A stretch of 64,000 nt of DNA from an uncultured Natronomonas sp. GTDB taxonomy: Archaea > Halobacteriota > Halobacteria > Halobacteriales > Haloarculaceae. The translations under genes were made by a program, and so were the position numbers. Shown here one piece after another: positions 56,827 to 64,000 of the stretch; position 1 is the stretch's first letter; the number at the start of each line of letters is the position of its first letter. Below the pieces are notes generated by a model. The model was not told the DNA's origin, did not search any database, and saw only the letters and a program-made list of their open reading frames with translations. The stretch spans positions 391 to 64,390 of the forward strand of contig CAZATR010000001.1 in NCBI GenBank assembly GCA_964488035.1. Reading direction: 5' to 3'.

Positions 56827-57240
56827 ATGGAACCGAGATCCATTCTCCGGATCGAGGGTCTCGCGGCCTTGTTCGCCGCGACGGCCGTCTATTACGCGAC
56901 CGAGGCGCCGTGGTGGCTGTTCGTCCTGTTGGCGCTGGCCCCGGACCTCTCGATGGTCGGCTACCTCGCGGGGCCCCGCGCGGGGAGTCGGCTCTACAAC
57001 GCCGCCCACACCTACGTCGCCCCGCTCGCGCTCGGTGCGCTCGGCGTGGGGGTCGGCGTGCCGGTCCTCTGGTGGGCGGCGCTCGTCTGGACCGCCCACA
57101 TCGGCCTCGACCGGGCGGTCGGCTACGGCCTCAAGTACCCAGCCGGGTTCAAGCACACCCACCTATCCGGGTCCGGCGACCGCCGGACTGACGCTGCCGA
57201 CCTCGGTGACGTCGGGGCCGACCCAACAGAGGCCCGCTGA
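56827..57240 (+). CDS. DUF4260-like membrane protein
   Basis: LRIEG, LAPDLSMVGYLAGPRAG..LYNAAH, AHIGLDRAVGYGLKY..GF.HTHL. TTTAT box upstream. Confidence 0.85.
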   Translation: MEPRSILRIEGLAALFAATAVYYATEAPWWLFVLLALAPDLSMVGYLAGPRAGSRLYNAAHTYVAPLALGALGVGVGVPVLWWAALVWTAHIGLDRAVGYGLKYPAGFKHTHLSGSGDRRTDAADLGDVGADPTEAR

Positions 57241-57428
57241 CGAACGAGCGAGAGAGGCTCAATCACGTCGCCGGGGTCCTCGCGGTGACATCTCCACGTC
57301 GAGCACGCGGGGGAGCCGTACCGGCGTCTCGGTACCGGTACATACCCCTCCGTATCGGTCGGTAGCGGGCGCTGGGGGCGTCGATAAACCGCGGCGAAGG
57401 TGCCCGGTCGTCCCGGCCTCGCCCCCGC

Positions 57429-57968
57429 TCAGCCGAAGTGCTCGTCGTAGAGGTCCCGAGCGTGCTCGATGGCGTCGTAGGCGGCCTGCCTGTCGGCCCA
57501 GCCGAGGGTCTCGACCTCCTTGCCTTCCTCGAGGTTCTTGTAGGTCGCGAAGAACTCGTCGATCTCGTCGAGGGTCTGCCGGGGGAGGTCGTCGACGTCC
57601 CGGATGTGGTCCCAGCGGGGGTCCTCGCTGGGGACGGCGATGACCTTGTCGTCCTGCTCGCCGTCGTCGTCCATCTTCATCAGCGCGACCGGCCGGGCCT
57701 CGATGACGCAGCCGGGGAAGGTCCGGTCCTCGACGAGGACGAGGACGTCGAAGGGGTCCTCGTCGTCGTAGTACGACCGCGGGATGAACCCGTAGTCGCT
57801 GGGGTAGTGGACGTTCGAGTGCAGGACCCGGTCGAGCACGACGCCGGGGATGTCCTTGTCGTACTCGTACTTGTTCCGCTCGCCCTTGAGGCACTCGACG
57901 ACCGCGTAGATCTCCTCCGGGGGGTTCGGCCCGGTCTCGAGGTCCTCCCACAGGTTTGCTCCAGCCAT
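57429..57968 (-). CDS. ipp: inorganic pyrophosphatase (family I)
   Basis: NKYEYDK, LDRVL, YP.DYGFIP, DEDPFDVLV, DDGEQDDK, FFATYKNLE. Confidence 0.96.
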   Translation of the reverse strand: MAGANLWEDLETGPNPPEEIYAVVECLKGERNKYEYDKDIPGVVLDRVLHSNVHYPSDYGFIPRSYYDDEDPFDVLVLVEDRTFPGCVIEARPVALMKMDDDGEQDDKVIAVPSEDPRWDHIRDVDDLPRQTLDEIDEFFATYKNLEEGKEVETLGWADRQAAYDAIEHARDLYDEHFG

Positions 57969-58145
57969 ACGCCGGAGTCCGCGTGACGGCCGCAAAGAGC
58001 TTTCGACACGGATCGGGGCCTGGCGGTTCGGCCGCGGTGGTCGTCGGGCCGTCGGGCCGTCGGGCGGTTGCACGTTTCCTGGGTTAACCCGGTTGAAAAG
58101 TGATGCTTGATAAACGTTAAGTAGGTTGCGAACATGTTGTTTCCT

Positions 58146-58505
58146 ATGTCAGAGGCACAGACAGCCAGTCCGGACCCCGGCATCGCGCGCGAGCTGACGG
58201 CGTTCCAGCAGAACATCCTCACCATCCTGGCGGAGGACGCGAGATACGGGCTCGCGATCAAACGCGAGCTCGAGAGCTACTACGATAGCGAGGTGAACCA
58301 CGGACGGCTCTACCCGAACCTGGACGACCTCGTCGAGATGGGGCTCGTCGAGAAGAGCGAACTCGACAAGCGCACCAACGAGTACGGCCTGACCGAGGAG
58401 GGGATCGAGGCCGTCTTCGGGCAGCTGGCGTGGGTGTTCTCGAACGTGGCGACCGACGACGACCGGGCCGAACGGCTGCAGTCGCTGGTCGAGCAGTACG
58501 AGTAA
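58146..58505 (+). CDS. rosR: PadR-family regulator, RosR ortholog
   Basis: LTAFQQNIL..L....RYGLAIKRELE.YY..EVNHGRLYPNLDDLV..GLVEKSELDKRTNEY; divergent from ipp as recalled for Halobacterium rosR. Confidence 0.85.
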   Translation: MSEAQTASPDPGIARELTAFQQNILTILAEDARYGLAIKRELESYYDSEVNHGRLYPNLDDLVEMGLVEKSELDKRTNEYGLTEEGIEAVFGQLAWVFSNVATDDDRAERLQSLVEQYE

Positions 58506-58528
58506 CCGGCCCCGAGGGGAACGCGGCC

Positions 58529-59164
58529 CTATTCCGCGGCGATTTCTTCGACGTACCCGAGCGACGTCTCGACAGCGTCGCGTTGGGCGTCGGTCGGCCA
58601 GGCGTTCCGCGGGAGGTACTCCTCGCGGAACTCCTCGCGTTCGGCCGGGCTCGCCGCCCCGACGCGCTTTGCGTAGTGGTTGCTCATGAAGTCCGCGAAG
58701 GCGTGGGCGGTCGCGCCGTGGGGATCGCCGTGGCGTTCGGCCACGCGCTCGGCGACCGCCCGGTTGTGGGCCTCGACGGCGTCCCAGTCGTCGCTGCCGA
58801 CGCCGGACAGCGAGCGCTCGACGGCGCGGTCGGTGTCCTCGATGCGGTCGACCTGCACGACGCCGTCCTCGACCCACTCGGCGGGGTACAGCACGAGCGA
58901 CTCGCCGGCGTCGTCCTCGCGGACGCGCGGCACGTAGTCGTGGCCGGCGAGCAGACGGTCGCGGTCATCGCGGTAGGCAGCTCGCTCGTTGTCGTCGACC
59001 GCCCGCCGCATTTGGCGGGTGAGCGTCACGGCGCGGTCGACGACGTCGTCTGGAAGTGACGGATCGTCGTCGGGCGTTGCGGCGTCGTCGTCGCTCCTCG
59101 GCGACTCGGTCCCGCCGGTGTCCGGCGCGGCGGTGGCGTCGTGTCCTGGGTCCTGGTCAGCCAT
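58529..59164 (-). CDS. conserved haloarchaeal rnhA-operon protein
   Basis: LVLYPAEW, AFADFMSNHY, EF..EYLPRNAWP; overlaps the rnhA stop. Confidence 0.8.
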   Translation of the reverse strand: MADQDPGHDATAAPDTGGTESPRSDDDAATPDDDPSLPDDVVDRAVTLTRQMRRAVDDNERAAYRDDRDRLLAGHDYVPRVREDDAGESLVLYPAEWVEDGVVQVDRIEDTDRAVERSLSGVGSDDWDAVEAHNRAVAERVAERHGDPHGATAHAFADFMSNHYAKRVGAASPAEREEFREEYLPRNAWPTDAQRDAVETSLGYVEEIAAE

Positions 59165-59747
59165 CGAGGGCGTCGTTGACCAGTTCGTCGGCGCGGTTGT
59201 TTATCTCCCGCGGTACGTGCTCGATGGCCCACTCGTCGAAGCCGTCGAGGAGCTCCCGGGCGCGGACGCGTTTCTCGCGGAGCTGTGGGTCGTTGGTGTC
59301 CCACTCGCCGCGGACCTGCTTGACGACGAGTTCGGAGTCGCCGCGAACGTCGAGTTCGTCGTAACCGTGGTCGGCGGCCGCCTCGAGGCCATGGATGAGT
59401 GCATCGTACTCGGCCTGGTTGTTCGTCGCCCGGCCGATGCGGGCGCCGTCCTCGGCGGCGATGCCGTCGCTCGTGACGATCACCCAGCCGACGGCGGCCG
59501 GCCCCGGGTTGCCGCGGCTCCCGCCGTCGAAGTAGAGGTGGGCGCGGCCGCCGGACTCGCGGAGGAGCCCGACCAGCCGCGCCGGCGTCTCGCCCTGGAC
59601 GACGACCTTGTCGTCGTAGGCGACCGCCGTGGCGCCCGCGTGGCTGGCCCGCCAGCGTTCGTGCTCGGTGTTGCCGGCCGCTATCTCGACGCCGGCGGCC
59701 GCGAGCCGGTCGCGGGCCGCCTCGGGGTCGCACTCGATGACGGGCAT
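59157..59747 (-). CDS. rnhA: ribonuclease HI
   Basis: YFDGGSRGNPGPA, TNNQAEY, GDSELVVKQ, HVPREINNRADEL. Confidence 0.95.
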   Translation of the reverse strand: MPVIECDPEAARDRLAAAGVEIAAGNTEHERWRASHAGATAVAYDDKVVVQGETPARLVGLLRESGGRAHLYFDGGSRGNPGPAAVGWVIVTSDGIAAEDGARIGRATNNQAEYDALIHGLEAAADHGYDELDVRGDSELVVKQVRGEWDTNDPQLREKRVRARELLDGFDEWAIEHVPREINNRADELVNDALDG

Positions 59748-59798
59748 CCGTTGGGCGCTGGCGGCTTCCGGGTGATAGCCCTTCCGGTATCCGTTTGA

Positions 59799-59827
59799 AA
59801 ACCGGGGGTTCCCGCAAACCGGGGGTT
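59799..59827. repeat. 12-bp direct repeat AAACCGGGGGTT (x2) in the divergent rnhA/tfb promoter
   Basis: Copies at 59799-59810 and 59816-59827, each quasi-palindromic. Confidence 0.6.
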
Positions 59828-59909
59828 TCGCTGTCAGGCGATTCGTGTCAGCTATGAAAAGGTGTTGCCGAGGGTTTAAGGCAATCCATCGAATGACTAT
59901 AAAAACGCG

Positions 59910-60875
59910 ATGACACGGCCCACCCGTCAACGGGAGCGCGAGCGCCAACAGGAGGGCGAGGACGTCGACCAGGACGAAGCGGCCGTCTGTCCGGAGTGCG
60001 CGTCGGAGGACATCGTCAAGGACGCCGACCGGGGCGAGCTGGTCTGTGACGACTGTGGGCTGGTCGTCGAGGAGGACCACATCGACCCCGGCCCGGAGTG
60101 GCGGGCGTTCAACCACTCCGAGCGCCAGGAGAAATCGAGGGTGGGCGCGCCGACCACCCAGACGATGCACGACAAGGGCCTCACGACGACCATCGACTGG
60201 AAGGACAAGGACGCCTACGGCCGCTCCATCTCCTCGAAGAAGCGCTCCCAGATGCACCGCCTGCGGAAGTGGCAGGAGCGCATCCGGACGAAGGACGCCG
60301 GCGAGCGGAACCTGCAGTTCGCGCTGTCGGAGATCGACCGGATGGCGTCGGCGCTGGGCGTCCCGCGGTCGGTCCGGGAGGTCGCCTCCGTCATCTACCG
60401 CCGTGCGCTCGACGACGACCTCATCCGCGGCCGCTCCATCGAGGGCGTCGCGACCGCGGCGCTGTACGCCGCCTGCCGGAAGGAGGGTATCCCGCGCTCG
60501 CTGGAGGAGATCGGCGAGGTCTCCCGCGTCGAACGGAAGGAGATCGGCCGCACCTACCGCTACATCTCCCAGGAACTCGGCCTCGAGATGGAGCCGGTCG
60601 ACCCCAAGAAGTACGTCCCCCGCTTCTGCTCGGAACTGGAACTCAGCGAGGAGGTCCAGACGAAGGCCAACGAGATCATCGAGACGACCGCCGAGAAGGG
60701 CCTCCTGTCCGGGAAATCCCCGACCGGGTACGCCGCGGCCGCCATCTACGCAGCCTCCCTGCTGTGTAACGAGAAGAAGACCCAGCGCGAGGTCGCCGAC
60801 GTCGCCCAGGTGACCGAGGTCACCATCCGGAACCGCTACCAGGAGCAGATCGAGGCGATGGGCATCCACTCCTAG
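59910..60875 (+). CDS. tfb: transcription initiation factor IIB
   Basis: Zn ribbon CPEC...CDDCG, GPEWRAF, two cyclin repeats, [18 protein letters not shown]. Confidence 0.97.
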   Translation: MTRPTRQRERERQQEGEDVDQDEAAVCPECASEDIVKDADRGELVCDDCGLVVEEDHIDPGPEWRAFNHSERQEKSRVGAPTTQTMHDKGLTTTIDWKDKDAYGRSISSKKRSQMHRLRKWQERIRTKDAGERNLQFALSEIDRMASALGVPRSVREVASVIYRRALDDDLIRGRSIEGVATAALYAACRKEGIPRSLEEIGEVSRVERKEIGRTYRYISQELGLEMEPVDPKKYVPRFCSELELSEEVQTKANEIIETTAEKGLLSGKSPTGYAAAAIYAASLLCNEKKTQREVADVAQVTEVTIRNRYQEQIEAMGIHS

Positions 60876-61326
60876 GCCCGCCTCCTCCTCGCCGTCTGGC
60901 TCCCACGTGTGAATGCGACGAATGCTCCCACCGTCAGGTGGGGACGAGGCGACACGATAGGGAGCAACGCACCATTCGACGGCCGGCCCGGGTTGCGGTA
61001 CCGAACCGCTACGCTCGGACCGTCCTACGTGAGAAGTGACGCCGTTCTCCGGTTGCGGCAGGGAGTCGTCGACCCCAAGGGACGCATCGAGTCGACACCT
61101 GTCGGGTAACGACGCCGACCCGGTTCAGGGCGTCCCACTCGGGGTGACGCGAACCGTGGTACCCCTCGGCTGAATACCCGACCGTGGAGTCCCGAACCGG
61201 TATCCGGGCTGGCAGGATACGGGAACAGGTGGGTTTGGCACGGGTCCCGCCTGCATGGGTGAGACAGCTACTGGCAGATCGGACGGAGAATACATATATG
61301 ACGGGCGAGGACGAAGCGTCGGACAC

Positions 61327-61551
61327 ATGGCTACTGAAGCCACCCGTGAGCCCGGCGATGACGAACTCGCGACTGCCATCGGGCAGTACGTGCTTGGCGA
61401 GATTTCGCTGGGGAAAGCCGCAGAGAACGTCGGGATGACTCGATGGGAATTCGAAGAACTCCTCGATGAGGCCGGGTTCACGGCGTTGTACGGCCCCCGA
61501 TCTACCGATGAATTACAAGACGAAGTCGACGTCGCCCACGAGCTAGAATAA
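61327..61551 (+). CDS. UPF0175 family HTH antitoxin-like protein
   Basis: Y..GEISLGKAAE..GMTRWEFEELL motif, 74 aa, upstream of a PIN gene. Confidence 0.85.
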   Translation: MATEATREPGDDELATAIGQYVLGEISLGKAAENVGMTRWEFEELLDEAGFTALYGPRSTDELQDEVDVAHELE

Positions 61552-61559
61552 CGAAGGCG

Positions 61560-62069
61560 ATGTCGGAGGATGTCGTCCAGCCGGTTGTTCTCGACGCGAC
61601 GGTCCTCAGTAATTTTGCGAGCAGTGGGACGGTCGAAAAGCTCGTAGCGATCCTCGATCGCCCGGTCGCTGTGCCGACAGTTCGCGAGGAACTCGAACGA
61701 GGATACGAACAGGAGTACGGGTTTCTCGGTACTGCACTCGACCACCTCGGTGACGGTATCGACCTACTCGAGGTCACTGAACGGGACGAGGACACTGCAT
61801 CCGAGATCCGACGCCGTCTCGACGCCGGAGAGGCGGAGTCTCTCCGGGGTGCGATCGAATACAGCGGGACGCTCGCGACCGACGACCTCGCCGCCCGAAC
61901 GCTCGCCGCCGGCTATGAGATACCGGTAACCGGTTCTATCGGGATACTCGGTTTAGGGGTTCGACGTAGTATCCTCGATGTCGACGAAGCCAACGAGTGG
62001 TTGGGGGTCTGGCAAGAGCGGCGGGGATACTATGCCCCGGTAGATCGGATCCAGGACGTTCTGACATGA
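61560..62069 (+). CDS. PIN-domain protein (DUF3368-like), putative toxin
   Basis: VLDATVLSNFA, V.EEL, LDAGEAE, LATDDLAAR, VTGSIGIL. Confidence 0.85.
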   Translation: MSEDVVQPVVLDATVLSNFASSGTVEKLVAILDRPVAVPTVREELERGYEQEYGFLGTALDHLGDGIDLLEVTERDEDTASEIRRRLDAGEAESLRGAIEYSGTLATDDLAARTLAAGYEIPVTGSIGILGLGVRRSILDVDEANEWLGVWQERRGYYAPVDRIQDVLT

Positions 62070-62363
62070 GATTCCCCGTCTCGCGATCGCTAGAGGGCTC
62101 CGTCCCGCCATCCGGAAACGCCGAATATCGGGTCACGCTCTCGGTCTTCGAGGCTCCGGTAATGGGAATCGACCATTGCGGTTTCGGTTCGCTGACGGAT
62201 GTCAAACCGTATATCCCGCTTGCGGGCCCGTTGCGGGCGAATGTCGGATTCCCGTGGATGTATTCGCGTTCCCGGCCTCAGTTCAGGCGTCGTTTCCCCG
62301 CCGCCCGTCGAACGGATCCCTCCCCGAACAGCATTTATCCGTCCCCGTCGAACCGCCGTTTGC

Positions 62364-63629
62364 ATGCGCCTCGACGAGTACGTCGACGGGCTCGAGCGCG
62401 ACGAGGCCGTCGAGTTGCGGAAGCTCGCCGAGGAGAAGTCCTACGCCATCACGGACCACCTCGACGCGGCGCGGACGCGGTTCGACGAGACGCTGTCGGA
62501 CGACGCGGTCGTGGGCTCGACGGCGCCGTCGGTGTTCGTCGGCCGGTCGTCGTACCCGACCGTCTCCACCGGCCTGCTCGCGCCGGTCGGCGACGAGGAC
62601 GAGGCCGACTCCTACGTGACGGACGGGGAGTGGTACGAGCGGGCGTTCTCGATCGATGACGTCTTCGCCAAGCGCACGGGCCTGCTGAACTCGACGCGAG
62701 CAGCGACCGTCGACGTCGAGGACGTCTGGGACGGGTTCGTCGGCACGCAGCGGGAGGTCGCCATCGCCGACGAGCCGGTCGACGTCGAGCTGGGGCTCGC
62801 CGAGTCGCCGGGCTTCGACCTCGACGGCACGCTGGAGGACATCGCGGCACCGCGCGGCCCGCGAGCCAGCGCCGACGCCGCGCGGCTCACGGAGAACCCC
62901 TCCGTGCCCCGAGCGGTCGAGAAGACGCTGTCGGACGACGACTGGCGCGCCGAGGGCGCCATCACCTACCTCTACCGCCGCGGCTTCGACGTCTACGACG
63001 TCCGGAACGTCCTGTCGGTCGGCGCGCTGGGCCGGGGCGACGACCGGCGGCTGGTGCCGACGCGGTGGTCGATCACCGCCGTCGACGACACCGTCGGCCA
63101 GTATCTCCGCGGACGGATCCGGAACGCGCCCACCATCGGCGAGACGAACGTGTGGCACACCCGCTACGTGGGCAACGACTACTGGATCGTCGCCGCGCCG
63201 GGCGACTGGGAGTTCGAACTGCTCGAGTTGAAGGCGCCGGGCTCGATCTGGAACCCCGACCCGGACGGCGAGCTGTACATGGCCGCCGACCGGGAGGGCT
63301 ACGAGGGCCGGACGGAGTACGTCGAGGAGACCTCCGGTGCCTACTACGCAGCACGGCTCGGGGTCCTGGAGTGGCTCGCCGACCGTGACCGCCAGGCGAA
63401 GGTGTTCGTCGTGCGGCACGCGACCAACGAGTACTGGGCGCCGGTCGGCGTCTGGCAGATCCGCGAGAGCGTCCGGCACGCCTTCGACGCCGAGCCCGCC
63501 GTCGCGGAGACGTTCCACGACGCCGTCCGCCAGCTGGTCCCGCAGCTCCCCGTTTCGATGGCGGCCCTCCGCCGGAAGTCGACGATGGCGGCGGGCATCC
63601 AGGCGGACCTGTCGGCGTTCGGCGGGTGA
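62364..63629 (+). CDS. nreA: DNA repair protein NreA
   Basis: PSVFVGRSSYP, LSVGALG...RRLVPTRWSITAVD, GAYYAARL, PVGVWQIRE, C-terminal PIP-like QADLSAF. Confidence 0.93.
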   Translation: MRLDEYVDGLERDEAVELRKLAEEKSYAITDHLDAARTRFDETLSDDAVVGSTAPSVFVGRSSYPTVSTGLLAPVGDEDEADSYVTDGEWYERAFSIDDVFAKRTGLLNSTRAATVDVEDVWDGFVGTQREVAIADEPVDVELGLAESPGFDLDGTLEDIAAPRGPRASADAARLTENPSVPRAVEKTLSDDDWRAEGAITYLYRRGFDVYDVRNVLSVGALGRGDDRRLVPTRWSITAVDDTVGQYLRGRIRNAPTIGETNVWHTRYVGNDYWIVAAPGDWEFELLELKAPGSIWNPDPDGELYMAADREGYEGRTEYVEETSGAYYAARLGVLEWLADRDRQAKVFVVRHATNEYWAPVGVWQIRESVRHAFDAEPAVAETFHDAVRQLVPQLPVSMAALRRKSTMAAGIQADLSAFGG

Positions 63630-63681
63630 GTCCGCGGCGCCGGTCGAAGCCGTTAACCCCGCGCCGGTCGGCGGCTCCGAC

Positions 63682-63822
63682 ATGGTGCTCCCGTTCGGCG
63701 AGGTGCTGTCCGGCCCGGCGCTGTTCGTCGCGCTGCTGTCGGTCGTCTTCCTGGCCTTCCCGTGTTTCTACCTCTACCGCGCGCTCGCCGAGCGGGGCGT
63801 GTTCCGACGGTTGCGTCAGTAA
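63682..63822 (+). CDS. small single-TM protein (46 aa)
   Basis: MVLPFGEVLSGPALFVALLSVVFLAFPCFYLYRALAERGVFRRLRQ; TTAA box about 28 bp upstream. Confidence 0.5.
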   Translation: MVLPFGEVLSGPALFVALLSVVFLAFPCFYLYRALAERGVFRRLRQ

Positions 63823-63866
63823 TTTCGACTTGTCGAGGGTTACCGTTCGGCGCCGTTGGCCCGCCG

Positions 63867-64000
63867 TTACCCGAAGAAGCGGTCGGTGCCGGGCGGTTCC
63901 TCGGCGTCGGCGGGCAGCGTCTCGAACCAGCCGATGTCGGCCGGCCGGCGGGACGGCGGGACCGCGTCGGTCGGGACGGTCGGTCGCGGGTCGTCGGTCC
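63867..64000 (-). CDS. 3' end of an unidentified gene entering from beyond the window
   Basis: Open frame ...TDDPRPTVPTDAVPPSRRPADIGWFETLPADAEEPPGTDRFFG* ending at TAA 63869-63867. Confidence 0.45.
   Translation of the reverse strand, partial: TDDPRPTVPTDAVPPSRRPADIGWFETLPADAEEPPGTDRFFG

Noticed and set aside
58081-58090. GGGTTAACCC palindrome upstream of rosR
   Set aside because: Only 10 bp and does not match the TGT-N10-ACA RosR motif as recalled; insufficient support.
59748-60869. Apparent 570-aa RNase HI fusion
   Set aside because: The extra N-terminal part is the antisense frame of tfb; the real start is ATG 59747.
1-64000. Numerous long Arg/Gly/Pro-rich or antisense ORFs in the track (e.g. 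6412-7962 -, 24447-26012 -, 32800-34701 +, 47274-49385 +, 50283-51956 -)
   Set aside because: Shadow frames of real genes, expected at this GC content; no motifs and non-halophilic composition.

Overview
High-GC haloarchaeal (Halobacteria) chromosomal DNA, judged from acidic proteins, TFB, a RosR-type PadR regulator, NreA, RdfA/Sph and Tat lipoproteins. The window has two parts. (1) About 1-28,085 is an accessory catabolic region with AT-richer spacers. It holds about 22 redox/CoA enzymes: four MaoC-type dehydratases, an esterase, two SDRs, a CaiB CoA-transferase, a ribK-ribB pair, a long luciferase-like monooxygenase and a flavin reductase, an acyl-CoA synthetase, two acyl-CoA dehydrogenases, an amidohydrolase-fold protein coupled to a Rieske ferredoxin, a malyl/methylmalyl-CoA lyase, an acetyl-CoA hydrolase/transferase and MmgE/PrpD. 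It then carries rdfA-sph, a decayed ThDP-enzyme pseudogene and a truncated MBL-fold gene that marks its right edge. (2) About 28,400-64,000 is mostly core haloarchaeal backbone: glycosyltransferase, MFS, AKR, macro domain, DHH, a Zn/Mn ABC transporter with a palindromic operator, coaD, an 8-gene type IV pilus-like operon, a P450/cupin/CGCGG/CPBP/beta-propeller block, a phosphodiesterase, ipp, rosR, rnhA, tfb, an inserted UPF0175/PIN pair and nreA. Best candidates for undescribed biology are a putative amidohydrolase-fold dinuclear oxygenase plus Rieske system inside a flavin-supplied CoA-dependent catabolic pathway, and the uncharacterised pilus-like operon whose usual cetZ2 neighbour appears replaced by a P450-CGCGG block. 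No rRNA, tRNA, CRISPR, integrase or transposase was recognised. All family calls come from motif recognition and recall, not from database searches.
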